Positions 22,388 through 33,456 are shown, counted from the first letter of the stretch. The stretch is 64,000 nucleotides of DNA from an uncultured delta proteobacterium (GCA_963745835.1 CAVUZH010000003.1:1120001-1184000); one strand, 5' to 3'. Made by a program: numbers and translations. The notes: generated by a model from the sequence alone, not told the origin.

Positions 22388-23371
22388 TCAATGTACGTAG
22401 TTAGCGTCTCCGCGGTCACTAGCTACGTGACCACCGCCGGACGTGCTAATTTCCTTGCGTCGGGGACGAAGTGCGTTAATGATCGATGGCGCTGCCGAAA
22501 GAACAACCGGAATCAGTGCACCTAAGAACTTCTGTGTTTCCTCTTCAGTGACACCCGTCCCGGATGTCATCATTGTCGCGTCGAACTCGTTCATAACGTT
22601 AGCCATTTTTTGATCCTCCATATTTATAAAGCTACGACTTTTCAAACTTCCGGGGGTTTCTCTTTCTAAAAGCAATGGCGTTTGCTGAAATCCCAGCTTT
22701 TTCAGGCTTTCTGCTGTCGCCTTGAAAACTTGGGCTGCTGAAGCGCTATTGCCCAAACCGATGATGGCGTTCCGCATGGAGTGAGTGAAAGCAGACATAC
22801 CTTCAGTGCGCGACGTACTCGCGGACGCTGTTTCGGTCTCAAGGCATGCTGAGACGAGCAGGCCTTGTAACTCCGGCTGCAGGTTTTCACTCGAATCCGA
22901 TAATGCTTTGTTGGTCGCTTTGAATTCGGCAGTCAAATCTGGCGAAAAAGCTTTTACAATGGCGCGCGGCGATGACAGCGGCATACAGCCAAACCGGTGA
23001 TAACGAGCAATCTTCATCGGCTTGGACGCTCCGGAGACGGCTGATTCCAACGCGAAAGCTTTCACGACTTCCTCCTGGGGCGGCTGCCACACTTTTACCT
23101 GCGCGACTTCAATATCATCTGTGTCCAACGCAAGTATTGCTTTGAAAAGCCCTCCTGAAAAGCAAGCGTCGAGGATAACTGTCAAGATTCCTGGTGGCAC
23201 TCTCTGCGTTCGCGCTGTCAGCTTGTTATCTTCAAATAGCGCGGGCTTTCCACCATCCAACAAAACCAAATATTCCTCCATTACCTCGTTCGTTAGTTTG
23301 GTATAGCCGTGCCCGGAGAAATAAAAGACAAGCCGATCCTCATCTGTGGCATCCTTGTCAGTCTTTGTCAG
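22388..23371 (-). pseudogene. Caspase/metacaspase (peptidase C14), N-terminally truncated
   Basis: In-frame RLVFYFSGHG upstream of the annotated ORF, plus ILDACFSGG; in-frame TAG at 23372-23374. Confidence 0.8.
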
Positions 23372-23451
23372 CTATCGTCAACCGAGCATCCAATTAGCGA
23401 CAGCTGCTTTACTTCTAATAGACTCCGACTGCTGTTGCTCCTGAGGAGTCA

Positions 23452-24456
23452 ATGACTTTGCATCAATTCACAATTTTTGTGGCCATCGCGAAACATGGAA
23501 ACATAACCAAAGCCTCTCAAGAGCTTCACATCAGTCAGCCTGCCGTTTCAAAGCAAATGCGGCTGTTACAGGAACAATACGGGGCTAAGCTCTTCCTTCG
23601 ATGCGGACGAGGCGTAGCGTTGACGCTTGCAGGTGAGCGTTTCCGCACAGCTGTTTCTCCTATCCTAAAGCAAGTAAGAATCCTGCATCAGGGCTCCGCA
23701 GATTCAGTATTTAAAATGGAACCTGACCGACTCGCCGTTGGCGGTACCTACTCTCCCTCGGCAATTTTGCTTCCAAGGCTATTGAGTCGTTTTAGAAAGA
23801 GTCATCCTGATACCGAGATAGAATTTAGAACCAGCGACGCTCTAATGCTCGAACGATTGCTGCTTAAGCAAAGCATTGAGCTTGCTGTCACGACGCACGT
23901 ACCTAAATCCAGCCAACTCGTCGTGCAACCCTTTAGACGCGAAAAGCTAGCACTTCTAGTTTCTTGCCGGCATCCGCTTGCTTACCTCAAGGAGGTCAGC
24001 GTGCGCCATCTCGCAAGAACGCCTATCATCGTCCGTTCGTCAGGAGGACGCGATGGCAACACTGTCAAAAAATTAAAAGCTTTCGCTGAAGAAAAAGGCG
24101 TGACGATCAATGTAGGTATGCGCTTCGAGTCGCCTAGCGCATTAAAAGCAGCGATATTGAAGAACATGGGAATCGGCGTGCTTTACGAAGACGTCGTAAA
24201 ATACAACATTCAACGGGGTGAGTTTAAGGCGATTAAGGTGAAAGATTTGAAGCTCGAAAATCAGAGTTACATCGTTTACCTCCAAGGCAGAACGCTTTCC
24301 ACACCAGCAGCCGAGTTCCTGCGGCTACTGATAAGCTCTCAAGCAGCTGTACCCAAAAATCACGACACATCCGGATGTGAGATGGATGATCCGAACGGTT
24401 ATAACCGTCGCCCTCAGGGAGCTGCTGAACCGAGCGGGCGGACAGCGGTTCGATAA
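23452..24456 (+). CDS. LysR-family transcriptional regulator
   Basis: NITKASQELHISQPAVSKQ HTH plus substrate-binding domain. Confidence 0.92.
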   Translation: MTLHQFTIFVAIAKHGNITKASQELHISQPAVSKQMRLLQEQYGAKLFLRCGRGVALTLAGERFRTAVSPILKQVRILHQGSADSVFKMEPDRLAVGGTYSPSAILLPRLLSRFRKSHPDTEIEFRTSDALMLERLLLKQSIELAVTTHVPKSSQLVVQPFRREKLALLVSCRHPLAYLKEVSVRHLARTPIIVRSSGGRDGNTVKKLKAFAEEKGVTINVGMRFESPSALKAAILKNMGIGVLYEDVVKYNIQRGEFKAIKVKDLKLENQSYIVYLQGRTLSTPAAEFLRLLISSQAAVPKNHDTSGCEMDDPNGYNRRPQGAAEPSGRTAVR

Positions 24457-24499
24457 GCTTGAGCCGCTCCCATGAAACGGTCGACTTGTTTGCGGTGCC

Positions 24500-24760
24500 T
24501 TGGCCCAACCTCAACAGCTTAGTGTCGGCACAATGGTATACTTCCTCGACCTCACTCCGGAGCAAGAAGCGCAAAAGATCGAAGTGGTGAACAGCTAACT
24601 CAAACAGCACTCCACCTCGCCGCGCGCGATATTGCCGCCATGAGAATTTGAAGCGATGAAGATGACCATTTCGGCTGGAATGCACCTGAAGGACCGACAA
24701 ACGTAAGCATCACACCGAGGATAATCAGCGGTAAAAGTCGATTTCAGCTTGATCGCAGGT
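24500..24760 (-). pseudogene. Gfo/Idh/MocA oxidoreductase fragment
   Basis: RRGGVLFELAVHHFDLLRFLLRSEVEEV. Confidence 0.6.
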
Positions 24761-25060
24761 CAAGTGCGCTCATTTAACTGCATGTCATTACGGCTTTTTT
24801 CAGTGGTTGTGCTCGTTTTGTGCATTCGGGGAAAAAGCGGAATGGGGTCCTGATTACGCTTAGATTCGAAATTTGCGGCACAGAAGTCTAAAGACCTTTC
24901 GACTTCTTACACAGCCTGTTTCGAATTTGTTTCCACAGTAGTACGTTCGGACGCTTGATTACCGCGGCTTGATGCGGGGCTTCAGCCAATACAAGCGTCG
25001 CTTTCTGGTGAAGGCAAGACTATGGTGACTTCATAAGGTAAAATTGAAACTGAGGCCACA

Positions 25061-27051
25061 ATGACCATTGACTCTCTACTGGGCGAATTAAATGCAAGCC
25101 AAAGGGTAGCTACATGCCTGCCCCGCCAGCATGCTCTAGTCCTAGCCGGCGCAGGATCAGGAAAGACCAAAACTATAGTGGCACGGGCCGCTTATTTGAT
25201 ATCAACCGGTACTCCGGCTACGAGAATCCAAATCATGGCGTTTACAAGGCGAGCTGCCACCGAAATCGTCGAGAGAGTCAAGATGCACTTGGGAGACGCA
25301 GCAAGAGGCTTGAATGCGTCAACATTCCACGCTTGGTGCATGCATCTTATCCATCGCGCTCCGCAGACCTTCGGTTGCAAAGGTTACACGGTGATTGACG
25401 AAGATGACCAGTTACAGTTGTTCAAAAGGGACGGGGAGCCAGACAGTTAAACGAGTTGCCGGAGTCAAGAAAGATCCGTGACCTATATTCTCTGGCGCGA
25501 AACACGTTAAAAAGCCTCGATCCCACTCTTCAGGAACACGCAGCCGAACTCTATGAGCACAAGAAAGCTATTGCCGAGGTGATGCTCGGCTATGAGGCCA
25601 AAAAACGAGAGCGCAGATACCTAGATTACGACGATATTCTTGATGTAGTCGCGCAGAGAATAGAAGATTCCACTGAAGCTCGTGGATGGGTCGCCAGCCT
25701 TTATGACCATCTGCTTATCGATGAGATGCAGGATACCAACCCACTTCAATGGAAGTTGATCGAACCCTTGCGGGAGCATGTCACACTCTACTGTGTCGGG
25801 GACGATGCACAATCGATCTATGGGTTTAGAGGTGCCGATTTCCGCAACGTGCATCAGTTTTCTGACCGGGTACAAGGGGCTGTAACATTGAGATTAGAAG
25901 ACAACTATAGATCAACACAGGAAATCCTCGACATACCCAACTGGCTCCTCGAGAAAAGCCCGCTGAAATACGACAAACACCTGAAAGCTGTGCGCGGCAA
26001 AGGACGCAAACCGTGTCTCCACACGTTTTCAAACGAATGGGAGGAGGCTAATTGGGTGACCGGGGATATACGAAGCAGGCATGGCCAAGGCGCTGAGTGG
26101 CGAAATCATATGATTTTAGTCCGCTCTAGTTACGCTGCACGTGCCTTACAGGCTTCTCTGTTGGCGAAGAATATACCATACATCTTTATTGGCGGAGTTC
26201 GGTTGCTCGAGTCCGCCCATGTTCGTGATCTTCTATCTGTCTTGAGACTGGTGGCTAACCCTAAGGATGAAATCGGCTGGATGAGATATTTGACGCTGTG
26301 GAACGGCATCGGTGATGTAACGGCAAGCCACCTGATTGAACAGGTCTTGTCTAAACAAGATCTCGACGATTGCCTAAAGGTAATCTCTAAAGAACCGAAG
26401 GTACCTAAGAGAGCCATAAAAACAGTTGCACTTGTGCGAGATTTTCAAAATGACGTGGGAAAAGCAGTATCCAAGGCTTTTGAAGCAATGGAAGAGTTAC
26501 TCGCAGACAAGTACAAAACCCAGGAATGGGAGAAAAGGCGCGGCGATTTCGCTTTGATTGAGAAACTAGCGAAAAGGCACTCGGCCATTTTGGAGTTCAT
26601 CGAAGAATATGTGCTTGAACCGGTTTACGAAACCCAAAGATCTCCTGCAGACGATCAGGATCGGGTTATCATTATTACTATCCATTCTGCCAAGGGCACT
26701 GAACGGGAAATTTGCTATATCCTAAACGTCTCGCCACAGGCATATCCTTCGAGTTACGCTATTGGCCACTTTGACCGAACGGAAGAAGAGCGACGGGTTT
26801 TGTATGTTGCTCTTACCAGGGCAAAGGATGAATTGATTATAACGCGACATGCCCCTAGAGGGGTCGAAGGCTATGCGTTGTGGGCGCATTCAAATCAGTC
26901 GCCCGAAGACAATGCCATCGAAACGTATTTCTTCAACTCACTTCCCGAAAGTTTGTTGGAGGAGCATCTTCATTATGAACCACCGCTGCCCCGGCCATCC
27001 GGCGCAGGTAAAGCAGGAGGAGGCTTACGTGTCGGTATAAGGATAGATTAA
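25061..27051 (+). CDS. UvrD/PcrA-like SF1 helicase, split by a 1-nt frameshift at ~25430
   Basis: AGAGSGKT, DEMQD, VGDDAQSIYGFRG, NYRS, TIHSAKG, EEERRVLYVALTRAK; one added G in aaagggac joins the two ORFs. Confidence 0.88.
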
Positions 27052-27361
27052 CATACAATCCTATGAGATTGGCTATAAAGAGCTCTTGAATGCCATTCAA
27101 AAGTCGATCGTAACTAGAACCTAAACGCGCCGTCAAAGGCCGACTATTTCGAAGCCCGCGTGCTTTTTCTTCGACAACCGGAAGATGTATATTCTGCCCA
27201 CGTTCAGGCACAAACAAGCACAGCCGAGGACTCAAGGTCCTAATGGATCGGCTCTCAACCTTGCAGGCGGCCTTTGCCGATATTAATATCGCGAAAGACA
27301 GGTCCGTATTATTTTTAGTTAGGCGCCAGAATTCATTTCAACGCGGCAAAGGATCGACCAC

Positions 27362-27628
27362 GTGCGCACAATGTTGTTTCTCGCTTCCGGTTTGCTGCTG
27401 ATGGCTTCAGCTCTCATAGCGGGAAAGCTGTTTTTCGAGCACTTCCCGTCGGCGCCTAATTGGGCGCTAGCGGCTTCGCTGGCTTTGTGGCTGGCGATTA
27501 CTAGCGCGAACATGTGGATTGGTGTATCGAAAGTCGGCTACTCGGTCGCCGAGGAGCTGCCGATACTGGTGCTGCTATTTGCAGTGCCCGCGGCGGCGGC
27601 GGTGTTGGTGCGCTGGCGGTTCTTTTAG
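27362..27628 (+). CDS. Small three-TM membrane protein
   Basis: Hydrophobic 88-aa ORF with NMWIGVSKVGYSVAEELPI motif. Confidence 0.75.
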   Translation: MRTMLFLASGLLLMASALIAGKLFFEHFPSAPNWALAASLALWLAITSANMWIGVSKVGYSVAEELPILVLLFAVPAAAAVLVRWRFF

Positions 27629-27644
27629 GCGACCGGGACCGGAA

Positions 27645-28229
27645 GTGGGCAAGAACAGGCTCGAGGCGTTTAGCGATGGGGTCCTGGCGATCATCATCAC
27701 GATCATGGTGCTCGAGATGAAGGTCCCGCACGGCGACAACCTGAAAACGCTCGCGCCGCTTGTCCCGGTGTTCATGAGCTACGTGTTGAGCTTCGTGTAC
27801 CTTGGCATCTACTGGAACAATCATCACCACATGCTTCACACGTGCATCCGGGTCACCGGAGGCATTCTCTGGGCCAACCTGCATCTGCTTTTCTGGCTGT
27901 CGCTGTTTCCGTTTGTCACTGGCTGGATGGGCGAGAATCACTTCGCCGCGTTACCTACGGCACTCTACGGCGGGGTACTCCTGGCGGCGGCCGTTGCCTA
28001 CTGGATACTTCAGCAGACGATTATTGCAGTGCAGGGACCGGGTTCACAGCTGAAAACGGCAATTGGTAACGACTGGAAAGGCAAACTTTCGCCTGTGCTG
28101 TACGCGCTGGGAGTCGTTTCCACGCTTCAGTGGCCGTGGGTCGCGCAGGCCCTGTATGTAGCTGTCGCACTTCTTTGGTTGGTGCCTGACCGCAGAATCG
28201 AAAGGTCACTACGCCCCGATGGCGCCTAA
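27645..28229 (+). CDS. TMEM175 (DUF1211) potassium channel family protein
   Basis: RLEAFSDGVLAIIITIMVLE, YWNNHHH; stop codon lies inside the attC core. Confidence 0.9.
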   Translation: MGKNRLEAFSDGVLAIIITIMVLEMKVPHGDNLKTLAPLVPVFMSYVLSFVYLGIYWNNHHHMLHTCIRVTGGILWANLHLLFWLSLFPFVTGWMGENHFAALPTALYGGVLLAAAVAYWILQQTIIAVQGPGSQLKTAIGNDWKGKLSPVLYALGVVSTLQWPWVAQALYVAVALLWLVPDRRIERSLRPDGA

Positions 28230-28287
28230 CAGCCGCATGCAGCGGACGCGCAAGAACCCGCGCGCGGCTGATGCCGGACGGTTAGAC
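28224..28287 (+). other. attC site
   Basis: R'' GCCTAAC, L'' GCATGCAGC, L' GCTGATGC (extra-helical G), R' GTTAGAC; 64 bp. Confidence 0.85.
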
Positions 28288-28317
28288 ACATCTGTTGTTG
28301 CCGCGAAAGGAGCACCC

Positions 28318-28460
28318 ATGAAACCTTATTTCTTGATGATGGCGCGTTACAACGCTTGGGCAAACCTCAGGCTCTACAAGATGGCTGGCGCTCTTCCAGA
28401 AGAGTTGTATAGGCGTGAAGTAGGCGTGTACTTCAAGAGTCTGCACGGAACTTTGAATCA
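28318..28460 (+). pseudogene. DinB-family protein, truncated (start of a second cassette)
   Basis: MARYNAWANLRLY...FKSLHGTLNH; AAGGAG SD. Confidence 0.8.
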
Positions 28461-28672
28461 TTCGAGTGCCGGAGGTGACCATTCGGTGTCCACTCCGTGA
28501 AGGCCACGTGTCAGTTGCAGATGCTTCAACTTTGCCCACACTCACGCAGCAAGCGAGGGACGAACCCGTTCCTCACCTTACTGGCAAACATCAGCTTGTC
28601 GCCTTCGTAGTAGCCCACGATCAACGCATCGAGCGGGTTGTCTGGCGTGTGGCCACCGATAACGAACGTCTG
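28461..28672 (-). pseudogene. LigD-type ATP-dependent ligase C-terminal (OB) remnant
   Basis: QTFVIGGHTP..DALIVGYYEGDKLMFASKVRNGF...FTEWTPNGHLRHS. Confidence 0.8.
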
Positions 28673-28755
28673 TGATTAATAGAAGTTGTTTCAACCCCCC
28701 ACAACCTCGCATGCCGGATCGGTAACGGGAGTTTCTTAACCAGCATTATGCACCC

Positions 28756-29130
28756 CTACGTACTGGATTTGGATTCCAGAGTCCGCTTCACAGCCGTTAG
28801 TAAATCATCCAGGTCTATCGGCTTGGTCATTATCCGAGCCGCCCTACCGTCTAGGATCATCTCCCCTGCATGAGCGGACAGATAGCCTGTGATTAAAATG
28901 ACAGGTAGCTGTAGCCATTTCCCGCGCACCAATTCAATAAGCCGAAGTCCATCCACGTGCGGCATAACGAAGTCGGTGATCACAAGATCAAAACTCTCGG
29001 ACGTAATTTTCTCAAGCGCCTCCGCGCCGTTGGCTGCGTCACGTATGATATAGCCTTCGCTGCCCAGGAACTTACATAGGTTATTGCGGCTTAGAAACTC
29101 ATCCTCGACAACGAGAATTTTTTGCGCCAC
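28756..29130 (-). CDS. Single-domain response regulator
   Basis: ILVVEDE, DLVITDFVMP, TKP; GGAGGAG SD before GTG. Confidence 0.88.
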   Translation of the reverse strand: MAQKILVVEDEFLSRNNLCKFLGSEGYIIRDAANGAEALEKITSESFDLVITDFVMPHVDGLRLIELVRGKWLQLPVILITGYLSAHAGEMILDGRAARIMTKPIDLDDLLTAVKRTLESKSST

Positions 29131-29614
29131 TTCTCCTCCTCCTCGCTGTAAATAGATAGGTACTCCTCTGCTCGGCGGCATTAAACGCCATCCGAAAATT
29201 TAGCCATTGGAACAGAACCTGACAAGATATGTAGAACCCAATTCTTGAATCAGTTAGACAGGACAATATCAACTCTGAATTGACCTATTAAATCCATCGC
29301 CTCCAAGCCATCTCTTGGCTGGAGGACACGATAACCTTGCTTCTCAAGAAATAGAGAGATTAATCGTAGATTCGCAGCCTCATCTTCGACGACCAAAATC
29401 GTTTGTGACATTTTCCTCCACAGGGAAGAGCAGTTGGTATGTCACGAGGTGAGTCCGGCTCGCCGATATTACGTCTGGGCGGTCAATCGCGGAATGTGCG
29501 TTTAAGCAAGACAATGAAGCGGCAGTGTCACTCCCGGGTGGAGGCGAGCAACTACAGGCGGCTGTGATCGAGTAGCGGTATAGCGATATCAGCGAGGGAT
29601 AGTTGATCGTATGT

Positions 29615-30013
29615 CTAAGATGGCTGAGCGCGACCTACTGACTTAACATCGTTCTGCGGGACGGCCTCCCGTATTACTCTGACCAGCTCCTTTATAGGGA
29701 AAGGCTTTATCAAAACAGATGACACGCCCGGTTGTTTATCGTTTGCCATCCTTCGTGCTCTCGGGTCGGCGGTTATAAGTACAATCCGCATCTCGGCGAA
29801 CCTTTCAAGTATGCGCCCTACCAAGTCGAACCCGCTAAGTCCTGGCATTCTAATATCGGATACCACCACATCGAAAGTTTCGTCTTCGAGTTTCTGAAAA
29901 GCTTCCAAACCATTATGGGCTTGTTCGACTGTAAAACCCTCTATCTGCAGACAGATCGCAAGTACTAAAAGATTATCTGCGTTGTCTTCCACGAGTAGAA
30001 TCTTGGTCGCCAT
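29615..30013 (-). CDS. Single-domain response regulator
   Basis: ILLVEDN, DVVVSDIRMP, IKPF. Confidence 0.85.
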   Translation of the reverse strand: MATKILLVEDNADNLLVLAICLQIEGFTVEQAHNGLEAFQKLEDETFDVVVSDIRMPGLSGFDLVGRILERFAEMRIVLITADPRARRMANDKQPGVSSVLIKPFPIKELVRVIREAVPQNDVKSVGRAQPS

Positions 30014-30343
30014 CTGTGAGATTATGCAACCTTTGGACCAACGCATAAGTAGCTGAAAGTTGACGCTCAACCTCGGCCTGATTGCAGTGGTGGGATAAAA
30101 ATGGAGACCAGTGTCTCGCGGGTGCGAACAGCTAACCTGAAAGCATTACATGCAATCAATATCTTAGAACTGCGTCGTGCGAAGACCGACAGAAATTCTC
30201 GAGCGCGTAAGATAAAGCGACGGCCCTGACAGTCGTGTTATATCAGCCAAGCCTTTAACGAATTACATTTATTTGGATCTTTGCCGTCCAGCTCAGGGAT
30301 CTCGTTCTCAATCAATCAGTGAAGTTTCAGCCCTAACTTTTCT

Positions 30344-30466
30344 TCAATTCGGTACCTGAGCCTCAAGTTCCCGCAGATTCCCTTCGTGCTGGGCTATCTC
30401 GGCGTCTAGTTCGCGGATGCGCTTCAGCAGTGCTTCACGTTCAAGAGTCTTTTGTGGGTTCAGCAT
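30344..30466 (-). CDS. Small coiled-coil protein, copy 1
   Basis: MLNPQKTLEREALLKRIRELDAEIAQHE; near-identical paralogue starting at 47945. Confidence 0.6.
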   Translation of the reverse strand: MLNPQKTLEREALLKRIRELDAEIAQHEGNLRELEAQVPN

Positions 30467-30653
30467 ATCGGTTCCTTCGTGACTGGTGACAGGCAGCCTG
30501 GTTGCCCTTGATGACGATCCAAGCCAGTCGATAGCCGCATTTGAGGCAATGCCCGTTGACAGCGCGCACTGGCGTGTTGCGTCCCGACTCGCGCAAAACA
30601 ATGCCGAGATAACCGTTACAGCGTGGACACGGACGAGCGAGGTAGCGTGCCAT
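30441..30653 (-). CDS. Small zinc-finger protein, copy 2
   Basis: YLARPCPRCNGYLGIV...GHCLKCGYRLAW. Confidence 0.75.
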   Translation of the reverse strand: MARYLARPCPRCNGYLGIVLRESGRNTPVRAVNGHCLKCGYRLAWIVIKGNQAACHQSRRNRYAEPTKDS

Positions 30654-30753
30654 ATTGGGTTATCGCTGGCGACTAAGTTTTGGTCTACGCCATTTAGGGT
30701 GGACGTAATGCAAGTGGGGGTCGAACCGCGATGCATTCATTCCTCTCAGTGAT

Positions 30754-31366
30754 TTACAACACCTCCACTACCACCACATCTTGCGACGATTCTTTGATCT
30801 TCACTCCCCGAATGTATCTAATCTCACCATCCATTTTGACATGAATTTTGGTATTCAACGGAAATACTACTAACTCAGCGATCAAATCTTCAATTTTCAA
30901 TTGCGCTCTCCTTAAACTTCGAGACAGCAGATACGGTTCGATATTGCGAGGTTTGAACTGATGCCTTTCGACTAAAGTGGCCAATAACATCGGACACGCG
31001 CCGTGAAAAACCTCGCGGTAAACGGCGGCGTTCGATGGGATTGGCACACCAAGTCCAATCATCTGAGGGCACTTCGAGAATCAGAGAGGTATCTCGAAGT
31101 TGGTCAACGCCCAAATGAGTCTTGCGCCAGAACTCCATCCGATTTCTCCTGCGGCCAAATGTTTCTCAGACGCTCGCTTATCAACTGTCCCTGGAACGGC
31201 CGCCACTGCGCAAGTAGTTCAAGCGACGTTTCAAATACGTGTCCTCGGGCCACGGCCACTTAACGTTCCACTCTTGTTCTTCGTAAGGTGCGCCGTTCAC
31301 TTTGCTTTGTAGAAATATACGTTGCCACTCGGTTTTTGATGGTCGCAATTCATTTGCTTTAATCAT
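30754..31366 (-). pseudogene. Fragmented hypothetical gene
   Basis: Three overlapping ORF pieces behind an AAAGGA SD. Confidence 0.4.
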
Positions 31367-31684
31367 CGTTGATCCTTTCTTTCCTTTGAATGAAAACGGA
31401 TGGGGATGAGAGCAACCGCTGCGCCAGGAGTGCTAGGGAGGATCTGAGATACAAAGAGAATTAATTAGAAAGAAGCTAGTCTCGTCGCTGGGAACACGCC
31501 TGATGCATGTCGCACGCGTGAAACATTTTATTTTTTATTTTATTTGATTCTCTGCTCATCAACCCACTGCTTAGCGAGCCTACGCCGACCTTTATCGCGT
31601 TTTTTACGGGCAAAGAGCGGTCCTTCAATTCTCCTGATCTCAGTCACTGGGTTTCGTTTCCATTCGCGTGCGCAAGATGCGCGA

Positions 31685-31863
31685 GGGAAAAGCCAAGGGG
31701 AAAGAGAATCGTCGCGGCGCCGGCAGAGCCGGCGCGAAAGCCTGGCCAGGTGATCGATCTCATGCAGGCGCTAAAGCAGAGCCTCGGCGCTGCACCGGCG
31801 GAGAAAAGGGTGCCAAAAAGGCATGTCGGCTACGGCGACAAAGAAACGAAAGAAGCATCCTAA
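31685..31863 (+). pseudogene. Ku (NHEJ) C-terminal remnant
   Basis: PAEPARKPGQVIDLMQALKQSL followed by a basic tail, typical of the prokaryotic Ku C-terminus. Confidence 0.7.
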
Positions 31864-32583
31864 CCGCAAAACTCCTCAAAAACGTTTTTTCATGGGGAAG
31901 AACTATTTAATGCTCGCCTGCACCGACTCTGTAGGACTAGATGGTATCGTCACAGTAGCAGGACTGTTCCACAGCGCCGTTAAGCCGTACGTAACCAACG
32001 CTACGCATATGACGATCAGCGTTTCCTCAATGCTCTGGCGCTGTGGAATGAGGGGGGCTAGATGCGAAGATGTCGGATGCGGCATAGCTTTCGATCAGAG
32101 CAAAAGATAAGCCCGTCCAAGTTGTACCGCTGTGGCGAGAGCCGGCAATTCATGCTCTTGATGTCTGTCCCACCGGCAAGAATGATTCTGAGCCTGTTCT
32201 ACTTTCAATACACCGTGATTCGGAGGCCGAAGTGCGCGGCCTGTTGTTACCTTGCCGCGAATTAAGCGTCGATCAGTGCTCCGACAATGTAAACGACGGT
32301 GAGAGGTAAGGGGATGGACGTTAATCAGCCATATGAAACCCATTTCATCGTTCCAATGTTTTTATTTCGATTCCCCTCCTCGCCATGCTCTCAGTTGCAC
32401 TTTCAGAGGTTTTCTTGTTGCTCGCATGTGCATTACTCGGCTAAACTACCATGCAAATTTCACCAGCTCGGTAAAAAGGAACACAGCGAATGGTCGAGTT
32501 GCTCGGAGTCGTTTTTGTTACTCTCTTCGTAGGATTGTTTGTACGGGCGATACGCTTACTAGTGACTATACTCAGCAAAAAAG

Positions 32584-33060
32584 CGCCGGGGACGCGCCGA
32601 CGCATTGATGATTCCCGAGGGCGCTATGTTCTCCCAGAATCGCCGCAGGATCTTTGATATAGCTACGAGTAAGCGTCTCCCCACCGCTAATCGCCGTAAA
32701 AGCATTTTCGATGTCCTCAGGAGTGCTCGCCTCAATCCGCTACTTTAAGCGTGCGTGCTTCCTCCTCGATATTTCCGGGAACCCTCGCATGCGTCGAGTT
32801 CGTTGCATCCACTAATACAGCAATGCGCGAGGCTCTTGGGAGGGCATTTTTTAATAGCTCAAAACGTTTTCCCATGATCTCCAGATCCCGCAGTTCCATA
32901 CCTGTAATATTGCCCCCTGGTCTAGCTTGACTACCGGCCACTAAGCCCCGCTCAATGACATCGGACGCACGCCGAGGACGATGGGAATAGTGGTTGTAGC
33001 CTGCTTAGCCGCACATACAGCAGGCGGTGAGTGAGTCCACAGCACCTCAGGCGATATTCG
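32584..33060 (-). pseudogene. ABC substrate-binding protein remnant with an internal inversion
   Basis: Minus strand ATTTIPIV...ARPGGNITG...KRFELLK; the continuation RADALMIP...KRLPT is on the plus strand. Confidence 0.75.
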
Positions 33061-33206
33061 GACAAGCTCAGCAGCGAATCGCTGAAGTTGATCGGGTTTA
33101 AACTCTGCATTATGCTAAATTTCGCATTGAAAAATATAATTTGTATAAATATCTTTAAAAATCATGAGAAAAGATGGAGGGTATTTGAAAAAGTAGGTGA
33201 TAAATT

Positions 33207-33455
33207 ATGCCAAGAAAAAAAGACGAGCCTCTTAGCAGAGCAAAGAAGGGTGTATCGGTAGAGGAATCTTCTTCTGTTATGGAAGAAATTCCCCAGGTGG
33301 AAACTTGGACAACGCCGGCAAGAGAGATGACTGAAGAGATTGTGGCGGCTGTGGAAACTTGGACAACGCCGGCAAGAGAGATGACGGTGGAAACTTGGAC
33401 AACGCCGGCAAGAGAGATGACGGTGGAGACTTGGACAACGCCGGCAAGAAGATGA
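33207..33455 (+). CDS. Repeat peptide, (VETWTTPAREMT)x4
   Basis: AT-rich promoter region and AGGTGA SD; in-frame 36-nt repeats. Confidence 0.6.
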   Translation: MPRKKDEPLSRAKKGVSVEESSSVMEEIPQVETWTTPAREMTEEIVAAVETWTTPAREMTVETWTTPAREMTVETWTTPARR

Positions 33456-33456
33456 C
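33297..33456 (+). repeat. Four ~35-nt direct repeats
   Basis: gtggaaacttggacaacgccggcaagagagatgac at 33297, 33351, 33387, 33423. Confidence 0.9.

Larger units (their letters stand above)
27318..28287 (+). mobile_element. Integron gene cassette (two ORFs)
   Basis: Starts GTTAGGCGCC (27318) and ends with the complementary GGCGCCTAAC followed by attC. Confidence 0.8.

Noticed and set aside
33297-33456. 35-36-nt repeats as a CRISPR array
   Set aside because: Spacers are 19, 1 and 1 nt, the repeats stay in frame in an ORF, and there are no cas genes
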